Source: Podarcis melisellensis
Taxonomy: Eukaryota
Length of the DNA: 64,000 nucleotides
Strand: one strand, 5' to 3'
NCBI GenBank assembly: GCA_964234715.1
Contig: OZ174276.1
The translations under genes were made by a program, and so were the position numbers. Below are positions 51,001 to 62,900 of the stretch, piece by piece. Within the stretch, counting starts at the first letter, position 1; the number at the start of each line of letters is the position of its first letter. The notes beneath the pieces were generated by a model, which saw only the letters and a program-made list of their open reading frames with translations, ran no database searches and was not told the origin of the DNA.

Positions 51001-54000
51001 AAGCCAGCAACCTTTACCATAGTCACAGAAGATGCTGGTGAGGGTAAGTGGTCTATTCCGTAGTCTCTGAAGAATTTACTTGACATGAATCCTGTTTGAT
51101 TTTTTGGTGCAATATTTAACTTCCATGTAAGCACACCCCAAAATTTAAATTCTGAGGCGGATGCTATAATCAGACTTCGTAGAGGGTGAATAGAAATAAT
51201 TCATCATTTTCTTCATTTCCCCCAGTAAATTTAGGGATCCATAAATATACCAGTGCGTGGTTCAACATAGCATCACTAACAGATTGTACTTCTGAAGCAT
51301 TTTGCAGATTACATGATGTGTTACAACTGCCCCATCTAACATTATGGTGACCCTAATGATGGGTTAGGCTGAGAGCTACCCAAAGCCGCGAAGTGAGCTT
51401 TGTGGCTGAGCTTGGATGTGTACCTGCAAGTCCAAATACGATTCTGGACACTGAACCCTCCTTTAGAAGAAAGGTAGATTTTTCTGTATAGAGCCATAGA
51501 TTTGGGACCCAGCATCTTACTGCCCTTGTAGTCCAACCCCTTGTTTGCAGCAGGAAATTCAGAGCTGATTACAGTCAGTTTGACACAGACTTAATTCCCT
51601 TAATTCAAAGTTGTTTGCTTTCACTTCCAATAAAACATTTTTGAAGACAACTTGTATATGACAAATGAAATCTTCAGAGGGCTAGCCATGATGCTCAATC
51701 CAAGCAGACCCCCCCCCAACTGGAACTGAAACTTCGTTCTTAATTGAAGTTCACTGATTTTTATTTCAGACCATGTCTTGAAAAATGTAAGTTTGAGAAT
51801 TCTTGTGGCACTTTTTTCTCCAACGTGACAGGTGGCTTGGACCTAGCAATTGAAGGTCCCTCCAAGGCAGAGATCAGTTGCATTGATAACAAGGATGGCA
51901 CTTGCACCGTGACTTACTTGCCAACTCTTCCAGGAAACTACAGTATATTAGTCAAATACAATGACAAACACATCCCAGGAAGCCCATTCACTGCCAAAAT
52001 CACAGGTACGAGGAGCACTTGAAACAGCCACAATGGGCCTAAAAGCTTTGTGTTTGCAATCCGTTGCATTTAGTATAAATTTACATAAAGAAAAGACTTG
52101 CCTTTAACACTCATACTCTGTGTAGACTGCAAACGGAGAACTGGCAACTTGTTTTTAACCATGTGATGAAGTCATGTTGTGTTTAGCTGGCTTTTGCCCA
52201 GTAATTTGGTATGAACTGCAGAAACAAAAGGTTCCCTGCAATAACTTCTGAGCTGTCAAGTGTTGTCCAGTTATTGTCCACTAGAGTCCTGGTTTCGTGG
52301 AGCATAAATTTCCATTTGTAAACAGCACACATGTCTTCTGATTCTCATCGATGCTTTCTTTCTAAATTTAAGTGGAAAGGCATTTGGATGGTTTGCCCAG
52401 AATGTTAAGATCCAGTAATGTTAATATCTAGTAGTGTTTTAATCCAAAATCCTAATGGGAAATTTTCCTTTTTAAAGATGACAATAGGAAGCAATCTCAA
52501 GTTAAACTGGGCTCTGCTGCTGACTTCCTGTTGGACATTAATGAGACTGATCTTAGCCTCTTGACAGCCAGTATTAAAGCCCCATCTGGCCGAGATGAAC
52601 CTTGTCTTCTGAAAAGGCTACCCAATAACCACATTGGTAAGTCTTAATCATCTTCTAGGGAGGCTGCTGTATTGGTTGTGTGGTTCTGGCAGGGTGGTCT
52701 TGGGGAAGCTTGTGAACCTGGGCCGCAAGTGGAATCAAATAATACTTTTAATTTGTGGCTAGAGTGGGATTTTGATGCCACAAATAATATTTAATGCCAG
52801 CTATCTTCCAGGGACGCGGGTGGCACTGTGGGTTAAACCACAGAGCCTAGGACTTGCCGATCTGAAGGTCGCGGTTCGAATCCCCGCAGTGGGGTGAGCT
52901 CCCGTTTCTCGGTCCCTGCTCCTGCCAACCTGGCATTTCAAAAGCACGTCAAAGTGCAAGTAGATAAATAGGTACCGCTCCAGCGGGAAGGTAAACTGCT
53001 CTGGTTTGCCAGAAGCAGCTTAGTCATGCTGGCCACATGACCTGGAAGCTGCATGCCGGCTCCCCCAGCCAATAAAGTGAGATGAGTGCTGCAACTCCAG
53101 AATGGGTCACGACTGGACTTAATGGTCAGGGGTCCCTTTACCTTTGCTTTTACCTTTACCTATCTTCCAGTTCTGTATTGTGATTTGACTGTGTGTGTGG
53201 AGGGAGGGGGGCCAAAAGATAAAGTGTGAAGTTACAAATTTGTCTTGCTGCTAACCTCTGTCTGGCAGGTATCTCATTCATTCCACGGGAGGTGGGAGAG
53301 CACCTGGTCAGTATTATGAAGAATGGGAGCCATGTCCCCAACAGTCCGGTGTCCATTATGGTGGTCCAGTCTGAGATTGGTGATGCGAGCAGAGCAAGGG
53401 TTTCTGGACGTGGCTTGGTCGAAGGACGCACGTTTGAAATGTGTGACTTCATTGTAGATACAAGAGATGCAGGTCAGTACTGGAATTCCTGGGCTGCCAG
53501 AGAGTATCTAAGGGATGCCTGTGGGCTGCGGGTTGCCCACCTGTGATGTGGTTGATCTGCTGTTGCCGTTCTCTGATCATCACAGCAACTGGGCAGAACA
53601 AAATTGCCTCTGACTTGTAAATTGTGGTTGCCATGATGTAGAACAGGTTTGGATGCTCTGTCAATCTGCCAATTTATATAGGTTAAAACTCACAGCTTTA
53701 TACCACAAGCAGCATATCAAGCAAAATCCCATATGTGACCATGAGCTGAAACGGCTGGCTCACTTGGAATGGTTAATATACAATGACTGCAGTCCGTAAA
53801 GCCGTCCATCAAGATTTAGGCGGTGCTCATTGGAGCTCTTTACAACTGCTTGCACTCATCCCAGCTGCTTTCTTTTCTAGGTTATGGTGGGATATCGCTG
53901 GCAGTTGAAGGACCTAGCAAAGTAGATATCCAGACAGAAGATCTAGAGGATGGAACTTGCAGAGTTTCGTACTTTCCAACTGTACCTGGTGTATACATAG

Positions 54001-57000
54001 TATCTACTAAGTTTGCTGATGAGCACATCCCAGGTAAGAGAAAAGGAGCCTACGTAAGCGAGCCATTGCTGGTCCACTTCCCCATCAGCGCTGACCTCTT
54101 GTAATAAGTGCAGAGTCTAGAGGACACCATCTAGGCTACCCACCAGGGCCTTCATGTTCTGAAAATGCCTGAAGAAGCTTGACTGCTAAATTTTGGAAGG
54201 CAGGATAATAAACTTCTTGCGCACCTTGAAGATGCTTTTGTTTGAGGGGTTGTCTCCTGCTGCAGTGTAACACTTATCTCTTTGCTACTCAAACTAGAAT
54301 ATTGGTTTGGTACAGGTGACTCTCAACATACGTGGGGGTTGCGTTCTAGGCTGTAGCTTGCAAAGCCAAACTCACGTATAGTCAAAATACATTGGGGTCA
54401 TAGGTGGGTGGGATTGCCAAAGCCTTTTCTTTCCAGGACACCTGCCCCACCTTTAATTTATTTAAAATTCGTGAAGCATGTAAAGCTGAATGTGTGTAAA
54501 TAGCAAGTTAATCTGTGTAGGAAGATGGGGCTTCCTTGATAGTCATCAGTGATAAGTCTCATGCTTAATGCGCTTGGTTAACAATGCAGTGGTCCAGCCT
54601 TCCTCAGTGGGAAAGAATTCTAAGATGGTAGTGGAAATAACTATTAGTAGACGATATGTTACTTTATTGCCTGTGAAAGTCTTTATGCTTCCTGTACTGA
54701 TAGATGGAACTCAGTGTTGTTTTGTCTCTACTAACTACAGGGAGCCCATTTACTGTGAAAATAAGTGGCGAAGGAAGGGTGAAGGAAAGCATTACACGTA
54801 CTCGGCGGGCTCCTTCTGTGGCCACGGTTGGAAGCTTGTGTGATCTTAACTTAAAAATTCCAGGTAAGTTAGTTCTACTAATACATTTACTGTTTTGGAA
54901 ACCATAAACCAATAAGTCATTGAATCTTCTGGGCATTCTTTGCAATCAGATTTAAAAATGGAATGTTATCCAAATACTTCTAGAGATCAGGGAAGGCATT
55001 CTTATTTAGATCAGGGCTTTGCATGGTAGGACTCACACCAATTTCTTCCTAGGCCCCATGAAGCAGCAGTGGCATTTAAATTTTGCTTTCTAGCACATCA
55101 CCCACTGACTCAGTTCTAATAACAAGTGACCTGGTTCACATGTAATGCTAAGCCAAACCTGGACTTAAGGTGAATGCATAGGCTATTCAAAATGATATCA
55201 TTATTTTTGCCTCTTAGACCTTCCTCCTGTTGCCTGTCTACCTGAGTCTAAGCCACAATTTGACTTAGCACATGGCTGAACCCAGATTTGTTTTATTAAC
55301 CAAGGTTTATTCCTGGTTTCACAGTTTATGGTTTGTCTAGAGGAAACAAACCATGAGCTTGAGTTTGGGCTACATGTTAAGCCAAACCATGGCTTAACTC
55401 ACTGTAGCACAGCAGTACTGGATGAAGAACAATATGCCCAAAATTTCTGTTCTGGGAATTCATTCATTCATGCTATGTGTGAAGTACGGTTGTTAGGATG
55501 ATCTCAGAAGGTTGTACTTGAGTACTGTAATGCTTGACTTCAGCCATATTTTTAGAAGGGTAGGAGCGCAGTTGCTGCTATAGAGATCTGTATCATGTGG
55601 ATCTAACTGGGGGAGACACATAAAATAACTGGATGGTTAAAGAATAAATGCTATCTTGCTAATAGAATGCACTAATACACAGAATATATTCAGCATGCCG
55701 CTTCAGTTTAATACATATTCTGACGTCTGTTTCTGTCTCTTTCTCTGCTGCTCTAATCAATCTTGGTCTTCCTGTCTTCTGTTCCTTTCTTTCCCCCTAT
55801 TGCCTTCTCATAGTTACATGGTTCCAAATGGCTATATGTCTGGAGAGATTGTCCCGTGTTTCACACCAGTTCATTCCCACTTTCCTGTGTGCTGAGCAGA
55901 AGGAAAACTTCCAGACTCAATTGAGAGAACCTTGGTGTCCTAGTTTCACAAAAAAACCAGCCAACACCAGACAACAGTGTTTCCAATCATTCCTTCTATG
56001 GGGTCTACAGATGTATTACATACCTGGCTCCTTAGGGGTAGTGGGTACGTTGTAGTACTGAGGTTGTTCTATAATTGCAATACATACTTCAATAAAATCT
56101 GCTTTAAGGCACAATGCATGGCAAGTAAGCAGCAAAAGTATTTGTTACAAAGACCTGTAACAAACCCTCAGTCAGTAATGGAGCCTGTGGCCCTCCAGAT
56201 ATTGTTGAATTCCAATTCCTATCAGTTCTCAGAATGGGTGATGTTCACTGCACTAAATCCAACTCTGTTCCCAAATAAAATTAGTTTCTTCCTTTCCTTT
56301 CCTTTCCTTTCCTTTCCTTTCCTAAGAGAACTTCAAAGAATCTTAAGCACAACCCCTCCTGGACATATTTGTCTGTAACTTGGTAGATTTGATCTGCTCT
56401 GTTGTGGGGGGAGTCTATTATGCCTGCAAATTCCATCCTCTTCTGTCAACAGGAAAAGGTCGGGTTTTTTTTTTACTTCCCAGTAGTTATTGGTGTGGGG
56501 GATGAAGTGGACTTAAGTTGGGTGATTCAATTCTTGATTCATTTGTCAAGTGCTTCAGAAAGAGGCAGACTGCTTTCTGAATTGTGCACCTGCTGTGTAC
56601 ATTGATCAAGTAAACATTCAGAAAAAAAGGGGGGAGTGGGCTCAAATTTAACTCATCCCCCACACTTGAATGCCTGTGACTCTGTATGAGTGCAGTTGAG
56701 GCTCTATCCCAATTCCATATTTTGCAAGAAAAGGGAGCTGCTTAATATGCTTAAATCTTTTGAAGTATTCTCTTTTAATTTCGTTTGATAGATTCTATAG
56801 CTTCAAAAATGGATGGTTGGGGCTCAAAGAGCAATGTATTGATTTCTCATTACCTGCTGCAAGCTCTCTTAACTCTGCTTTCTGCAGTCAATGGAGACAC
56901 CGTGACTTGCTTGTCAAGGGTGGTTGGGTGACAAAATAATTGGATTTGTGAAGATTCTTGGTTTTTGAGATGAGCTGATAAGTATGTGCTTGTCCCTAAT

Positions 57001-59952
57001 ATATATATATCTGACACTCTGCATGCACAGATGAATGCTTGGTATGCACTCACTTAATCGTCAGTTATGTTTTGCTGGTTGCAGTTCTGGGAAGTTGAGT
57101 TCCATCAGGTTCCCAGCAAATGTCTGCCAGGTAAAAGTGTTTTGGTGTATGATCTATAGACGAATGTGCATTCAAGGGCCACTTTGCATGTAATGTTTGA
57201 GGGCATTTCAAACATCTGAAAGCAGCTGACTTTGGAACTTCCAATAGATCCCAAGAACCTCAGTTGTAGAGTCAACTAAACTTGGTGACTGGGTTTCCTA
57301 TGGGGAAGGTTTCAAAACAACTGAAATACTGGGGAGCTCTGCCCTCGTGCACTGGGCAATGTTTAGATGTTTAGAAACCAAATCTACCTGCTCCCCATTA
57401 ATGGTCAGTTCCTTTTTTTTTAGAAATCGACATTGGTGACATGTCAGCTCGGGTCACTAGCCCATCTGGGAGAATGACAGATGCAGAAATAGTAGAGCAT
57501 GATAAAAACACGTACTGTGTCCGCTTTGTACCACAAGAAATGGGGGTCCATAATGTGGATGTGAAATACAGAGGACAGCATGTGCCAGGCAGTCCATTCC
57601 AGTTCACCGTTGGGCCGCTTGGTGAAGGAGGGGCCAATAAGGTCAGAGCTGGCGGTCCAGGACTTGAAAGAGCAGAGGCAGGCATCCCAGGTAAGACCTT
57701 CACTAAATTTCATCTGAATACATGGGCATGGGTCTAAGGGCCTTGCAGTGAGAAGGGACGATAGCTGTAATCTTGGAAAAGGGTGCTTACATCTTGTAAC
57801 ACTAGAACACATTTTTGGAAGCCTAGTGACACTACCTTGTGTTGCAGAGCCCCATATCACAAAGGGATTGGAGGGCCACTTGCCTGCTTCTAATTCCTGG
57901 GTTGTTGTTGTTGTCGTTAACAGCTGAGTTCAGCATCTGGACAAGGGAAGCTGGAGCTGGAGGTCTTTCCATTGCAGTAGAAGGACCAAGTAAGGCAGAA
58001 ATTGCTTTTGAAGACCATAAAGATGGATCGTGTGGTGTATCATACACTGCTCAAGAGCCTGGTATGGATATCTTAAGCATTAGCAAGTTGAAATGAAGCT
58101 AAACACCACAAAAACAATTCCTCCTTACTTAGCAAAGTTCTTATTTCTTCCAGGTAACTACGAGGTGTCCATCAAATTCAACGATGAGCATATTCCAGAA
58201 AGCCCGTACCTGGTTCCTGTGATTGCTCCTTCCGATGATGCTCGTAGGCTCACTGTTATGAGCCTTCAGGTGAGACATAAGGAAGCATCTCCCATAGCCT
58301 ACCACAAGCTGATACCATCCTTGTGCTCAAGCTCCTTAAAATTATTACTTGCTCACTAGCTACACTTCTTCAGAGGAGATCCCTTGGCAAGCATGTAGGC
58401 CTTCCAAGTTAGGAAACAGCATCTGAAAAGGGGCGACTCTTTCCTAGTGCTATTCAGCTAAGGAACAACTGTGGCCTCCATTCTCCCTGCACAGTGGCAC
58501 TAAGCAGTTCTATAAACCTTGCTGTTAATTTTCTCACAAGCTTTGTCTATGTATGACAGTGTTCAGCAATGAAGCAATACTAAGTGGGGTAAGTTGGCTT
58601 GCATGATTGCATGCTGACAAGGCAGTTAGGCTAACATGCAACATTTCTGCTTGGCGTATGCTCCCAGAATGCACATGGTTGAACAAATGAGGCTCTGGGG
58701 TGAGCACAGAGCAGTAATTCACACATGTGCAGATGTTGCAAAACCACAAGCTTGTACTTTAAATGATTCTTAAACAGCAGCCAAAGTCTGAGTGGATTCC
58801 AGACTTCTAGCGGCTTGAGTTTGTACATAGTCCTGACTTTTTCGTGGTGTGCATCTAGCAACATTTTTAAGTGACTGTCTTTAATCTAAAATAAGAAGCC
58901 TGGAAGTTTCAGATTGAGCGCCATCCAGCCCATGATGTGTAGATTTGCTGCAGCTTGAGGCAGCAGTATTGGTTAAATTGCACTGCTTTTCAGAACTATG
59001 GTTTTATAGACTGACATTTGGTGTAACTTTCTAGCCAGAGCTGAACTTAAAACAAGGAGTTACAAGGACGATAATTAGCTGCTGTGGTACTGATGTTTTT
59101 CTTGTGTTTCATTTAAAGACTCTTGACAGAATGTGTGGTGTCAGCTGACTTAAACCCTGAAGAGGGAAATAAAACTGATATTTTTTTTGGGGGGGGGAGG
59201 AGTAATCTTTTTACAAAAGATGTCTTTTGGCACTCCATAAAAAACTTCCTTGGTGTATTTTAGCTGCCTGTTTCAGTTTATTTCTCTCTTGAGGATAAAA
59301 CTGTTAAGTTGAAATTAAGGTAAGCTCTGCACTGAAAGCAAAAGCGCAGCATTCCAGCGACCCTCCCCCCCGATGGAACTTCAATTTTCCAGTGGCTGGG
59401 GGCGGGAATCACACATGCATAACACCAGGAGACTGTGTTTTTTTGTATGTGTGGTGACCGCTACTGGGGAGCAGGTGTGCATTGATATATACTTTTGGTT
59501 CCACCTTTGCTGGCATGTTAACAGAAATCTCCAAAACGTTGTATTTGTTGGCATGGGGTGAAACATGCTTTGCTTAATCAGAAAGCTCCAGGCTTAATTG
59601 TCGGTGCAATATGGAAATTTGTTTTTGGCAGCATATTAATGAGTTAGCTACACAATTAGGAAAAGGGATTTCAAGTGATTTTGGGAGTATGGCAAAGCAA
59701 ATTCAGCCCAGACAACCATAAAGATTTGGGCAGCGCAAGCTTAAAGCTAATGCATTTGATGATTATGGGGCTGGCATCCTACATTTGTAGCAAAATGATG
59801 ACCAAAATGATGACTTATAGTCAGACCAGAAAAAAGTGTGTGGGTAGACAAACTTAACCAAGCCCACACTTTGGGAATGTATTGTACTGCTGTTGAGGAA
59901 GATAATTAGTTGTTAATAATAAATAATAATAAATAAATTGATGATGATGATG

Positions 59953-59997
<45 letters not shown>

Positions 59998-62900
59998 TAA
60001 TTTTATTTATACCCTGCCCTCCCTGGCCAGAACCGGGATCAGGGCGGCTAACACCAATCAAAATTACAATAAAACATAATGGGGGGGACAGTTAATTAAA
60101 ATACGGGTTAAAATACCATTTAAAATGCTGCCTCATTTTAGTAGTAGCCCATAAATCAAAACTATAAGGGGAGGGACACATAAGGGTCAGACTGAGTCCA
60201 AACCAAAGGCCAGGCAGAACAGCTCTGTCTTGCAGGCCCTGCGGAAAGATGTCAAGTCCCGCAGGGCACTAGTCTCTTGTGACAGAGCGTTCCACCAAGT
60301 CGGGGCCAGTACTGAAAAGGCCCTGGCCCTAGTTGAGACAAATCTAACCACCTTGCGGCTCAGGACCTCTAAAGTGTTGTTATTTGTGGACCTTAAGGTC
60401 CTCTGCGGGGCATACCAGGAGAAAAGATCACATCACTTGGTGGTATCTGGAACCCTCAGAACTAGGAAGTTAAAAATAAAAAAATATTCCTAGTTTTAAG
60501 ACATGAGAATACTCAGTTGAGAAGAGCATAACATATAGCAGGGTTAGGGGAGCTTGTGTCCTTGTCAAGACACATTTTTGTAAATAGTGAGACTGATAAC
60601 GTTTTTCCACGGCCATAACTTCTGTGATGCAATAACTTTACATTTGCAAATGTGGTACAGGGCTACCACGTGTCAAAGATTGGTTCTGTGTTAGACAAAA
60701 TATGCAAAGCTGCAGCTATATTTCGGAGACAGTAAAGGACCGAACTGTTATATATTCCTTGCAAGCCAAATGTCAATATGTATGTGAGGATCTTACTATT
60801 GCGTTGTTAGGAGTCTGGGTTGAAGGTTAACCAGCCAGCATCCTTCGCTATAAGGCTTAACGGGGCAAAGGGCAAGATTGACGCTAAAGTGCATAGCCCA
60901 ATTGGAGCTGTAGAAGAATGCCATGTTTCTGAACTGGAGCAAGGTAAGGATGTGTCGTAAACTTGGTACTCAGAACTGCTTTAAATATGTAAACAGTCAA
61001 AATGGTTGTTAAGAATTAAACAGGAGGTGGCCATTTCAGTTCGTGCCAGTATAGAAACATGTTCAACAGTGATTGGATGCTTATTGTACAAAGGAGTTTA
61101 GTACTACTTCCTTGGTGGTAAAAGGAAAAAAGGAAGTACTGAACAAAATACTTCCGCATAACCCATTTTAAGGCTAATTGGCATGTGCACTTTACCACAA
61201 CCCCAGTTGTTGTTTGTTTGTGCAGAGAGGAAGTCCTCCTGTGAACAGAGGTGTGCATGAGGTTGCATGTGCTAATAGCTCAGTTGAATGGCTGCATATG
61301 CATCTTTCTGCACATTAGAGAGATTGCTTCACAACTTTTAGCTAAATTGTGGACCAAGGAAAAGTTATAATCCTACATAGGGCAGGTACCTTCCTCAACC
61401 TCAACCCTCCAGATGTTTTGAGACTACAATTCCCATCAACCCTGACCACTGGTCCTGTTAGCTAGGGATCATGGGAGTTGTAGGCCAAAAACATCTGGAG
61501 GGCCGAGGTTGAGGAAGCCTGCTGTAGATATTTCAACTCTAGCTACCTGAAATGGCTCCTGTCTTTCCATCCTGCCCTATACATTTTCGTTAACTCTTTC
61601 TCCCCTCATCCTTCACTTTTGAAAATACATGGTATACCTATAGGCTGATTCCAACAGGGTCTCATCTGATGCTGGTGCCAATTTGTTTAAATTGGCCTTA
61701 CATTTTTGATACCCATTTCTAGCTACTTTTAACCATGCAGATTTGCCATTCTAGTATTCTATGTTTCCTAGACAGTTTTCAGACTAGTCACTGATTAAAA
61801 GGAACAAGCTATACTCAATTGTGCTATAATTATAATATTTGCTGTATAATAAAGAAATCCAGTTTTCTACCAGTGCAAGTGGATAACCATTTTGCAGCAC
61901 GCTGGTGGTTAAAGCAATAAGAACGGCTTTTAAAGTGACAGCTCCAGCTCTTATGCATGTTCTCCACATGAGGATTGCATTTCAGAGGCTTTGCTTTGCT
62001 CAGGCATGTTCCATGTGCCACCTTCCCATGGCCCAGACATGGCAGTCATAGAAATAGTTTTAGATGTTGTGTGCTCTGCTTTTTAACATCAAGTTCTCAA
62101 CCTAAATTTATGATGATTTGCCTGTATATGTATTGCAGATAAATACGCTGTTCGGTTCATCCCGCGTGAAAACGGCATTCATTCTATTGATGTGAAGTTC
62201 AACGGTAGCCATGTGGTAGGCAGTCCTTTTAAAGTTAGAGTCGGGGAACCAGGTCAAGCAGATAGCCCAGCTCTTGTCACCGCCTATGGGCCAGGCCTTG
62301 AGAGTGGCGTAACAGGTGAGTGCTTTCCTCTTTCTGCGTTAGAATTCTGAAAAATAGGATGGTCTTGACCCAGAGATTGCCTTTGGCTCACTAGCTAACA
62401 CTCTTCTGTCTGGTGTGTACAATTAGGCTATACCTTTAATAGGCTCAGCCAATATGTTTTGAAATGGGTGGAGATCTCGGTTCATTACAGTTAAAACAGG
62501 GAAAAGCTAATATGCAAGAAAATGCAGAAATGGATGCTGAACTGATTTGAACAATTCAGTTTAGCAGTTTATCACACAGTCGCATCATTCCTGTCCATTG
62601 GTCATGTTGGCTGGGGTTGTTGGGAGTTCCACAACATCAGTTTGGGGGGGGGGCACAGGCTCTCCATCTCTGGCCTGTGTAGTTTTCAGTGGGTCACATG
62701 GGAATAGTGCTTGTTTATATCTCCCGAGGCCCTTGGAGGGAGAAATTAACTGAAATTCAACAGATGAGTTGTCAGTATTACCGGCAACATACCCATTCGC
62801 CAGCACTGATGCTTAACATTTTGGGATGGGTCCTTGCTATTGATCAAGCTGTAATGGATTCCACACAGCCAAACATTACTTACTGCACTTAGTAACATTC

